This document shows positions 45,584-54,073 of a stretch of 64,000 nucleotides of DNA, in pieces. Position 1 is the stretch's first letter, and every line of letters starts with the position of its first letter. The notes beneath the pieces were generated by a model that worked only from the letters and a program-made list of their open reading frames with translations, was not told the origin of the DNA and ran no database searches. Source of the stretch: an uncultured bacterium (GTDB lineage Bacteria > Patescibacteriota > Patescibacteriia > Patescibacteriales > UBA12465). The DNA lies in the NCBI GenBank assembly GCA_903945435.1, contig CAJAVM010000026.1, positions 8,311-72,310 of the forward strand. The letters are read 5' to 3'. The position numbers and the translations under genes are program-made.

Positions 45584-48574
45584 TTATTTTTTTAAACTAA
45601 TAATTATTTTTTCGCCATTAATATTAACCTCTTTTTGTAATTCTCCCTCAGAAATTGTATCTACTAATTTTATGGATTCACTTAAAGTTTCACGTCCAAT
45701 TTCAGTTTCCATTTTATCAAGTGTTTCCTTAATATCTAAACTTGCCTGAGTAATATAAACTTGTGCCTTATCTCCTAAACTTAGCCCTGAATCCTTACGA
45801 AGCATGTTAATAAAGCGAATTAGCTCTCTCTTAATACCTTCTAATTTTAATTCCTGAGTAATTTCTGTATCAAGTTCAAGCTCTAAATTTTCTGAACCCG
45901 CTACAAATTCTAAACTTTGAATATTAAGTTCATCAGTAATGATAGAAATATACTTTTCATCTACAGCAACTCCGCCCTTAACTACTGCTTTGGAAAGCAT
46001 TTGTCTGATTTTTATTCCTGCTTCATCACGTTTTGCTAGTCCAAGTTCAACTATTTTACGAGCGACTTCCATTTTTATTAAAACATCTTCATCTTCAAGC
46101 GCGAGTTTGGTTGGCCAAGTTTCTAAATGAATAGAGTTATTTTCATTTTTAAAATCATAACCAGTTAATTTTTGCCATAGATTTTCAGCCATAAAAGGCA
46201 TAAACGGAGCCATTACTTTAGCCAACTCTAGAAGAATTAGTTTGGTAGTAATAAGAGCAATTTTTTTATCAACTTCATCATCTGATTTAAATCTATCACG
46301 ACTTCTTCTCAAATACCAAGTTGAAAATTCATCAATAAACTCAGTAATTGGACGAACTGCTTTAGGTAAATTATAAGCCGACATAGCACTAGAGACTTCT
46401 TTCAAAAGAACATTAAATTTACTTACAATCCATTTATCTAAAACATTTTCACTCTTCACAGACTCAAGCTTTAGATTCTCTTCACTCAAGCCATTTAGAA
46501 CGTCTATATTTTCTGTTGCATATAGTTCATAGAATTTATAAACATTAAATAGCAACATTATATTTTTACGCAAAGATTCTTCAACGCCTTTTTCTGAAAA
46601 ATTTAGATTCTCAGCTTGCATTACTGGAGACGATAATAAGTAGGCGCGCAAAGCATCGGAGCCATACTTATCCATTACTAGGCTCGGGTCCGGATAATTT
46701 TTTAATTTCTTAGACATCTTCTTCCCATCTTCAGCGAGCACGATGCCATTAGCAATAACGTTGCTAAAGGCATGCTTTTGTAAAAGTCCTCCAGAAACGA
46801 CATGCAAATAATAAAACCAGGTACGAGTTTGATCAACCCCCTCAGCAATGAATTGAGCTGGAAAAATTTTTTCAAATTTATCTTTATTTTCAAAAGGATA
46901 ATGAAGTTGAGCATAAGGCATGGAACCTGACTCAAACCAACAATCAACAACATCAGAAATACGCTTCATAGTTCCGCTACATTTTTCACAAGGGATAGTA
47001 ATCGGATCAACTTTATCTTTATGAATATCAGTAATATTTTTTTCACCAGATAATTGTTCTAATTCGGCAACACTACCAATCATTTTTTGATAACCACAAG
47101 AACATTCCCAAATTGGGATAGCACTCGCCCAAAAACGTTGGCGAGAGATGGACCAATCACGCGCCCCTTCTAACCAATTTCCAAAACGACCTTCTTTTAA
47201 ATAATCCGGGGACCAATTTATTTCTTTAGCACTTTCTAATAATTGAGGCTTTAGCTTAGTTACATTAATAAACCAAGAAGAAGTCGCATAATTAATTAAC
47301 GGCGTATCACAACGCCAACAATGCGGATAACTATGTTCATATTTTTCTTTATGAAAAAGCGTCCCGTGGCTAGCTAAATATTTAATAATTTCAATATCGG
47401 TTGTCATATGGTCTTCAACTGGCTTAACATGTAAGCCCTGAAAATCAGTAACTTCCGATTTGAACATTCCATCCATTCCGACATGTTGAATAAATGGTAA
47501 ATTATTAGCTTTACCAAGATTCATATCGTCCTCACCAAAAGCAGGGGCAATATGAACAATACCAACACCATCAGTCGTTGTTACAAAATCAGCCGCATAA
47601 ACTTTCCAGCCGTTAGCTCTATTTTCTAATTTTTCATCTTTAGAATAATAATCGAAGAGTGGTTCATATTCTAAATCGACTAAGTCGGAACCCTTGATAT
47701 CATCATGAACTATTTCGATTTCTTTATCTTTTAAAATATCTTTAATGCGGTCGTGAGCTAAAATTATAAGCTCAGGGACATCTTTAACTCTTAAGGCGGT
47801 ATAAATAATATCCTTACCAACCGCTAAAGCGACATTACCAATTAAAGTCCAAGGGGTTGTTGTCCAAGCTAAAATATAAGCCGACTCTTTAGTTTCATAT
47901 TTTCCATTTCCCCATTTTTGGCCAGCTTTAAGATGAAATTTAGCAATCACGCTTAAATCTTTGATATCCTTATAACCTTCACTTACTTCTGATTGCGATA
48001 AAGTTGTCTCGCAACGTGGGCAAATATGCATGGAGCGATGAGCTTTATAAATCAACTCTTTATCCCAGAGCTGTTTTAGCTCCCACCAAATCGTCTCCAT
48101 GTAATTTAAATCCATAGTGCGATAAGAATTTTCCATATCAGCCCAACGACCTAAACGATTGATTACTATTTTCCATTCATCAATATAAGTTGAAACACGC
48201 GCACGGCATAAATCATTAAATTTAGCGACACCCAAAGTTTCAATCTCCTTTTTTGTTTTAGTCCCTAATTCTTTTTCAACAATATTTTCAATCGGTAAGC
48301 CATGACAATCCCAACCCCACTTTCTTTCCACGCGATAACCATTCATCGTTTGATAACGAGGAATAACATCTTTCATAATACTGCCAACTAAATGACCATA
48401 ATGAGGAGTTCCGGTTGCAAATGGCGGTCCATCATAAAAAACATAATCGCCTTTTGGAGCTTCTTTAGAAATTGATTTTTCAAAAATATTAGATTTATTC
48501 CAAAAAGAAAGAGCCTCTTCTTCCATCACAACATAGGCGCTTTTTGGTTTTTCATTTTCAGATTGCTTATTCAT
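45584..48574 (-). CDS. ileS: Isoleucine--tRNA ligase (long, eukaryote-like type 2 architecture)
   Basis: 996 aa with PPFATGTPHYGHL (HIGH variant), KMSKKLKN (KMSKS) and a CP1 editing region. Confidence 0.96.
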   Translation of the reverse strand: MNKQSENEKPKSAYVVMEEEALSFWNKSNIFEKSISKEAPKGDYVFYDGPPFATGTPHYGHLVGSIMKDVIPRYQTMNGYRVERKWGWDCHGLPIENIVEKELGTKTKKEIETLGVAKFNDLCRARVSTYIDEWKIVINRLGRWADMENSYRTMDLNYMETIWWELKQLWDKELIYKAHRSMHICPRCETTLSQSEVSEGYKDIKDLSVIAKFHLKAGQKWGNGKYETKESAYILAWTTTPWTLIGNVALAVGKDIIYTALRVKDVPELIILAHDRIKDILKDKEIEIVHDDIKGSDLVDLEYEPLFDYYSKDEKLENRANGWKVYAADFVTTTDGVGIVHIAPAFGEDDMNLGKANNLPFIQHVGMDGMFKSEVTDFQGLHVKPVEDHMTTDIEIIKYLASHGTLFHKEKYEHSYPHCWRCDTPLINYATSSWFINVTKLKPQLLESAKEINWSPDYLKEGRFGNWLEGARDWSISRQRFWASAIPIWECSCGYQKMIGSVAELEQLSGEKNITDIHKDKVDPITIPCEKCSGTMKRISDVVDCWFESGSMPYAQLHYPFENKDKFEKIFPAQFIAEGVDQTRTWFYYLHVVSGGLLQKHAFSNVIANGIVLAEDGKKMSKKLKNYPDPSLVMDKYGSDALRAYLLSSPVMQAENLNFSEKGVEESLRKNIMLLFNVYKFYELYATENIDVLNGLSEENLKLESVKSENVLDKWIVSKFNVLLKEVSSAMSAYNLPKAVRPITEFIDEFSTWYLRRSRDRFKSDDEVDKKIALITTKLILLELAKVMAPFMPFMAENLWQKLTGYDFKNENNSIHLETWPTKLALEDEDVLIKMEVARKIVELGLAKRDEAGIKIRQMLSKAVVKGGVAVDEKYISIITDELNIQSLEFVAGSENLELELDTEITQELKLEGIKRELIRFINMLRKDSGLSLGDKAQVYITQASLDIKETLDKMETEIGRETLSESIKLVDTISEGELQKEVNINGEKIIISLKK

Positions 48575-48586
48575 ATATAATATAAT

Positions 48587-48994
48587 TTATTTTAAATAGG
48601 CGATTAAATCTTCTGGATTTTTTACAATTCCACTAAACACAACTCGACGACAAGGCTCTGTATCTTCAGCGGACTGTCCATAAATTGGCTTGTTAAGTGC
48701 AACTGCATAACCAATTTCCATATTTGTACTAACCCCAGCATAACCATCTTTATTATAAATATAAATAACATCAGCCATTCTCATTTTGTAAAAATGATCA
48801 TGAGTTAATCCAAGAGCTACATATTTTCTATCTGATTCTTTAATTTCATTCCAAACTCCACCAGAAGCACGATAAAGATGTGGTTCATAGACAATTACAC
48901 CAAGCTCTTTAAGTTTGTTAGCGAATTCTCTCATTTCTGGAGCGAAGCTTGAGCTTCCGCAAATTACCACTGATTTCATAAATTTATATTGCAC
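48587..48994 (-). CDS. Nucleoside 2-deoxyribosyltransferase-like superfamily protein
   Basis: 135 aa with VVICGSSSF ... ADVIYIYNKDGYAGVSTNMEIGYAVALNKPIY, following the Rcl/NDT-like G-x-x-x-E-hydrophobic-G-x-A pattern. The call is weak. Confidence 0.45.
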   Translation of the reverse strand: MQYKFMKSVVICGSSSFAPEMREFANKLKELGVIVYEPHLYRASGGVWNEIKESDRKYVALGLTHDHFYKMRMADVIYIYNKDGYAGVSTNMEIGYAVALNKPIYGQSAEDTEPCRRVVFSGIVKNPEDLIAYLK

Positions 48995-48995
48995 A

Positions 48996-49439
48996 TTAAT
49001 TTCTCAAACCACAATCTTCTAAATATTTTTTAGTAACTTCAAAATTTTCTATTGATGTTATTTTATGATGATAACTAAAAAAACTTTCGATTAATTCCCG
49101 TTCCTCTTTTTTCACATCATTCCAATACTTAATTAAACTTGTAGTATCATCTATGGCAACAACTTTATCATCTCCGTCCGCCCTTTTAATAAGCGCTATC
49201 GGATTAACATTTATTTCTTCTCCAACGGCATATGATTTTTCTGATAAAACTAAAACATCAATTTCATCTCCTTCTTTCGCATTTAAAGTTCCGGGAATAT
49301 AGCCATAATGAATTGGCATAATTCCGTCATTAATCGGAATCACATCTTTAGTCGGGCCAAGATCAATAAATCCAGACTTATCATATTTCATATGACGCCT
49401 TCTATCATCACCCCTAGGAATTTCGATAATTACTTTCAT
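48996..49439 (-). CDS. Family I inorganic pyrophosphatase-like protein (short, divergent)
   Basis: 147 aa with IEIPRG..., HYGYIPGT, EGDEIDVLV (compare DGDPLDVLV) and DDKVVAIDD. Confidence 0.6.
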   Translation of the reverse strand: MKVIIEIPRGDDRRRHMKYDKSGFIDLGPTKDVIPINDGIMPIHYGYIPGTLNAKEGDEIDVLVLSEKSYAVGEEINVNPIALIKRADGDDKVVAIDDTTSLIKYWNDVKKEERELIESFFSYHHKITSIENFEVTKKYLEDCGLRN

Positions 49440-49440
49440 T

Positions 49441-50184
49441 TTATAAAAGTTTAAAATCTATCATTTTAACAATTGTATCCCAATTAACTTTATCACCATA
49501 GAATGACTGATAACTTTTTAGCATTGCCTCCCTGCTTTCAAATGTTTCATGCCCAATAAAATCAGCCTCAACAATATCTCCCAATTTTTTCTCTTTTACA
49601 TTTGCAATTTCAGCATCAGCAAATTTTTCCTTTGTTTCCCAGATAAGAAGTTCTACTTTATCATCAACACTTAAATTCTTATCATCAAATAATCTCCAGG
49701 TCGCCGTCTTTCTTCCGGATAAAACTTCCTCGGCTAAATTTTGTCTAAATTTAAGGGTTTTCATATTTTTACCAACCAACATATTTAAGAAAAATTTTAA
49801 ATCTCTTGTTGTCTTATCGGTTAAATCATATTCAAAAACTTTATCAAGTTTTATCCACTCAAAATCCGCTCCCTCTCCTAAACACATTTGTGATTTTTCT
49901 AAATCACTTTCAACAAAAAATATATTTCTCTGTGTTTGTCTTTCATTGTTAAAATAACTGCATAATGGATTAACTTTATCTTCTGGAATATTAATATTCA
50001 GCTCCTCTTTCATTTCTCTAATAAATGCTTGTGTCTCCGTTTCGTTTCCTTCAGCTAATCCTCCAAAAAATGCCCATTGATGTGGATTATATTCTGTATT
50101 TCCGTCTCGTTTATGTAACAATACTACTTTCTTTTCAGAATTATATAAAAATCCTCCGGAGTATGTCTTGTCTTTATTTCCCAT
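49441..50184 (-). CDS. NUDIX hydrolase fused to a C-terminal ASCH domain
   Basis: Nudix box GLAEGNETETQAFIREMKEELNI, with an ASCH-like C-terminal half (TLKFRQNLAEEVLSGRKTATWRLFDDK...). ATG 50184 is preferred and overlaps the secA stop by 11 nt; the track ORF opens at 50238. Confidence 0.75.
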   Translation of the reverse strand: MGNKDKTYSGGFLYNSEKKVVLLHKRDGNTEYNPHQWAFFGGLAEGNETETQAFIREMKEELNINIPEDKVNPLCSYFNNERQTQRNIFFVESDLEKSQMCLGEGADFEWIKLDKVFEYDLTDKTTRDLKFFLNMLVGKNMKTLKFRQNLAEEVLSGRKTATWRLFDDKNLSVDDKVELLIWETKEKFADAEIANVKEKKLGDIVEADFIGHETFESREAMLKSYQSFYGDKVNWDTIVKMIDFKLL

Positions 50185-52906
50185 GACAGTGTTTATATTT
50201 CTTTCCGCTACCGCAAGGGCAAACATCATTTCTACCAACCTTTACTCCACTTTCATCCTTAACTTTTTCTGTAATTAAATCAGCGGTATTTCTTGCTTCA
50301 GCTTGCTTATGCATTTCTTTTTGCGCTCCAGTAAATTCTAATTTTTTCTCGGGCTGATTAGCAAATAATTTTATTGCCTCGCTCTCCATAGTTTTTTCAG
50401 CCGCCATAGCAAAAGCCTCACCAGTCTTAAAGATAGAATACGCAACATTCTTATTAATAAGACCGTTTAATTCTTGAAACATTAAAAATGCTTCTTTTTT
50501 GTATTCAACTAGCGGGTCTCTCTGGCCGTAACCGCGCAAACCAATTCCACGACGTAAATAATCAATTGTTTCTAAATGCTCAACCCAAAGCTCATCAATA
50601 GTTCTAATTAAGATACCTTTTTCAACACTCTTAAAATCAATACCAGCAACTTCAAAACCAGAAACCATTTTCCTATATCTTGTTTCTATTTCACTTTCTA
50701 AATATTTAGTAATCTCTTCTCTAATCACCTCAACTCTTCCGCCAACTGCCACTAAACTAGAAAGCTTTTCTTTTAGCTCTTCCCCGGCAGTAATTATTGT
50801 TTTAATTGTTTCGTAGATTTCCTGAATATTCCAATCAGCAGTTTGTTCTGAAGCAGTATGAAAAACAATCGTATTTTTTACTTCTTCTTGTATCATCGGA
50901 ATAATGATATCTGTTAAAGATTTAGCGGCGTCTTCTTCCTTACTTACCCCTTCGCTAATATCAATAATTTCACGACGACGTTTATAAATTGAGGTTCGAT
51001 GTTTATTGATAACATCATCATATTCAACTAAATGTTTTCTCATATCAAAATTGTTTCCCTCAACTTTTTTCTGAGCACTTTCAATTGAGCTAGAAATCAT
51101 TTTGTTTTCTATTGGCATATCAGCCGGAACATTCAAAGTTTTCATTAAACCCTTCATTCTATCGCCACCAAAAATTCTCATTAAATCATCATCAGTTGAA
51201 ACATAAAATTGTGAAGAACCTGGGTCACCCTGGCGTCCAGCACGACCGCGCAATTGATTATCAATACGACGAGATTCATGGCGTTCAGTACCAATAACAT
51301 GAAGACCGCCTAAATTTCTTACTTCTTCTTGCTCTTCTTTTACCGGAGGATTACCGCCTAAAATAATATCAACCCCACGACCCGCCATATTAGTTGCTAA
51401 AGTAATAGCCCCCTTACGTCCCGCTTGAGCAACTACTTCCGCTTCCTTTTGATGATTTTTAGCATTTAACATTTGCGGTCTAAGCCCCTCACGCTCCATT
51501 AACTCAGTTAAGATTTCATTTTTTTCAATTGAAATTGTACCAATTAAAATTGGCTGACCCTTTTCATTGCGTTCTTTCACATCACGAATAACCGCGTGAA
51601 ACTTATCCATTTCTGTGCGATATATCAAATCATTTAAATCTTTTCTAACATTTGCTTTATTAGTTGGAATAACAATCGTTTCTAAATTATAAATTTTATG
51701 GAATTCTTCCGCTTCAGTCGCCGCTGTTCCAGTCATACCAGAAAGTTTTTGATACATTCTAAATAAATTCTGGAAAGTAATAGTCGCCATCGTTTGTGAT
51801 TCTTTTTGGACTTTTACTCCTTCTTTAGCTTCAATTGCTTGATGCAAACCTTCACTATAACGACGACCAGGCATCATACGCCCGGTAAATTCATCAACAA
51901 TAATTATTTCCCCATCTTTAATCACATAATCTCTATCACGTTTAAATAGAACCCGGGCCTTTAAAGCCTGTTCTAAGTGATGGACTTCTTTTACTCCACC
52001 TTCAACATAAATATTTCCCAAACCTAATATTTTTTCGACTTTCATTATTCCGCCTTCCGTTAAAGTAGCGGCCCGTAATTTTTCATCAACATTATAATCT
52101 TCATTTTCATCTAAACGTTCAACTATCTGTGCAAAGCGAGCATACTTATCACCGGACTCTTCAGCGGGAGCAGAAATAATCAAAGGAGTTCTGGCTTCAT
52201 CAATTAAAATAGAATCGATTTCATCAACAATCGCGTAGTGAAGTGTACGCTGAACAGTTTGGTTTAAAGTATAAACCATGTTATCTCTTAAATAATCAAA
52301 ACCAAATTCGTTATTTGTTCCGTAAGTAATATCACAATAATAAGCTTCACGACGTGGGATGCGACGAAAATGTTGTAAGCGCTCATCAAATTGGCTTTCA
52401 TCAATATAGGAAGGATCATAAATATAAGCATTATCATGAATAATAACGCCCGTGTTTAGTCCTAAAGCATAATAAACTGGAGCCATCCAACCAGCGCCAA
52501 CACGAGCTAAATAATCATTAACAGTAATTAAGTGGACACCTTTCCCTTCAAGAGCATTTAAATATATAGGTAAAGTAGCAACCAAAGTTTTTCCTTCTCC
52601 AGTTCTCATTTCCGCAATTTGACCACGATGAAGAACAATGCCACCAACAAGCTGAACATCGTAATGTCTTTGACCTAAAATTCTACTTGCAGATTCACGA
52701 ACAGCCGCAAAAGCTTCTGGAAGAATATCATCTAAAACAGCGCCATTTTCAAGACGAGATTTAAAATCACGAGTCTTATCTTTAAGCTCATCATTACTCA
52801 GTTTTTTATATTCATCTTCAAAACCATTAATCGTATCGATTATTGGTTGCATGTTTTTAATTACCTTATCGTTCGCGTCTGGGAACAATTTACTGAAAAT
52901 GCTCAT
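50174..52906 (-). CDS. secA: Preprotein translocase ATPase SecA
   Basis: MRTGEGKTLVATLP, a DEAD-like VDEIDSILIDEARTPLIIS segment, and the C-terminal zinc finger CPCGSGKKYKHCHG. ATG 52906 (MSIFSKLF) is preferred. Confidence 0.96.
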   Translation of the reverse strand: MSIFSKLFPDANDKVIKNMQPIIDTINGFEDEYKKLSNDELKDKTRDFKSRLENGAVLDDILPEAFAAVRESASRILGQRHYDVQLVGGIVLHRGQIAEMRTGEGKTLVATLPIYLNALEGKGVHLITVNDYLARVGAGWMAPVYYALGLNTGVIIHDNAYIYDPSYIDESQFDERLQHFRRIPRREAYYCDITYGTNNEFGFDYLRDNMVYTLNQTVQRTLHYAIVDEIDSILIDEARTPLIISAPAEESGDKYARFAQIVERLDENEDYNVDEKLRAATLTEGGIMKVEKILGLGNIYVEGGVKEVHHLEQALKARVLFKRDRDYVIKDGEIIIVDEFTGRMMPGRRYSEGLHQAIEAKEGVKVQKESQTMATITFQNLFRMYQKLSGMTGTAATEAEEFHKIYNLETIVIPTNKANVRKDLNDLIYRTEMDKFHAVIRDVKERNEKGQPILIGTISIEKNEILTELMEREGLRPQMLNAKNHQKEAEVVAQAGRKGAITLATNMAGRGVDIILGGNPPVKEEQEEVRNLGGLHVIGTERHESRRIDNQLRGRAGRQGDPGSSQFYVSTDDDLMRIFGGDRMKGLMKTLNVPADMPIENKMISSSIESAQKKVEGNNFDMRKHLVEYDDVINKHRTSIYKRRREIIDISEGVSKEEDAAKSLTDIIIPMIQEEVKNTIVFHTASEQTADWNIQEIYETIKTIITAGEELKEKLSSLVAVGGRVEVIREEITKYLESEIETRYRKMVSGFEVAGIDFKSVEKGILIRTIDELWVEHLETIDYLRRGIGLRGYGQRDPLVEYKKEAFLMFQELNGLINKNVAYSIFKTGEAFAMAAEKTMESEAIKLFANQPEKKLEFTGAQKEMHKQAEARNTADLITEKVKDESGVKVGRNDVCPCGSGKKYKHCHGK

Positions 52907-53068
52907 ATTTTTTCTATTAATACCTAAAAAATGCCGAATCAAACGGCTTTTATTCTAGATTCAGTATAATACGAATATCTAATAAAATAAATATTGACAG
53001 AATACTGATAAAATTATAATAAGCCCCTCGTTATGAGAAGCTTATTTTTCTTAATTTCTGGGTAAATT

Positions 53069-54049
53069 TTACTTATGGGCTCTGTTATCAACTTCGTATT
53101 TAGTATTTTGGGCTTCAAAGAAATTAACGAGCTCTAAAGTATCAGTTTCTGTTGCCATCCATTGCGCTGGATTAACAGTCTTAAAATGAGGCTCAAAGCC
53201 TAACTCTTCTAAGCGTCTATCGGCAATATATTCAACATACTGATTAACATAATCAGCATTTATTCCCAGGATTCCGCGTGGGAACATGTCGCGATTATAA
53301 GCTGTCTCTAAATTTACACCATCAATAATAATATTTTTTATTTCTTCAGCAAACTCTGAAGTAGCTAACTCTGGATTTTCTTCTAAAATTGTAAGTATTA
53401 AATTAATACCAAATTTCAAATGTAAACTTTCATCGCGAACTACCCAGTCAATCATCGAACCAAAATTCTTTAATTTTTGCTTTTGACGAAAACTTAAAGC
53501 AACCATAAATCCAGAATAGAACCAAGTTCCCTCCATCACAATATTATAAGCAACTAAATTACGAACAAACTCCCTCTTCCCTTCAATAGATTCGATATCT
53601 AAACTTGTATCGTTCATGCGATTTAAAAATTTCGCAATAAAATCTTCTTTAGCTTTAATAGAAGGAATTTCTAAATGTTGAGCAAAAATCTTTTCCTTAT
53701 CAAGCGGGAAAGTTTCTAAAACATATTCAAAGGCAACGCAATGATTTGCTTCTTCCCACATTTGCTTCGCTAAATATAAATGTGCTTCCGGTGCTTTTAA
53801 ATATGGATAAACACCAAGCGCTAAAGTTCGATTAACAATTAATTCACCAGGATTAAAAAAGCTCATTAAAAAACTAACCGCGCCTTTTTCGTCTTCAGTC
53901 ATCTTGCGCCAATCATCTAAATCTTCACCAAGAGCTATTTCATGTGGGAACCAGGTATTAGCGACTGCTTGATTATATAAATCGTAGGCCCACTGGTATT
54001 TAATGGGGCGAAGATTCATATCTTCATTTAAAGGTTTTCCTAATATCAT
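53069..54049 (-). CDS. nrdB: Ribonucleotide reductase small subunit, class Ic-like signature
   Basis: 326 aa with ferritin-like ligand motifs FFNPGE, EEANHCVAF, MEGTWFYSGF and RDESLH. Phe sits at the radical-Tyr column and Glu at the first-ligand column. A C-terminal tail Tyr (TKYEVD) is present. Confidence 0.92.
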   Translation of the reverse strand: MILGKPLNEDMNLRPIKYQWAYDLYNQAVANTWFPHEIALGEDLDDWRKMTEDEKGAVSFLMSFFNPGELIVNRTLALGVYPYLKAPEAHLYLAKQMWEEANHCVAFEYVLETFPLDKEKIFAQHLEIPSIKAKEDFIAKFLNRMNDTSLDIESIEGKREFVRNLVAYNIVMEGTWFYSGFMVALSFRQKQKLKNFGSMIDWVVRDESLHLKFGINLILTILEENPELATSEFAEEIKNIIIDGVNLETAYNRDMFPRGILGINADYVNQYVEYIADRRLEELGFEPHFKTVNPAQWMATETDTLELVNFFEAQNTKYEVDNRAHK

Positions 54050-54073
54050 ATTTGTAAAATATTAATAAATAAA

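Noticed and set aside
52994-53020. Plus-strand TTGACA-15-TATAAT promoter-like hexamers facing the 3' end of nrdB, considered as an antisense RNA promoter
   Set aside because: The spacer is only 15 nt. The predicted start falls inside the nrdB terminator hairpin (AUAAGC...GCUUAU), and no plus-strand ORF or structured RNA follows. The TATAAT is part of a palindromic AT tract that reads the same on both strands.
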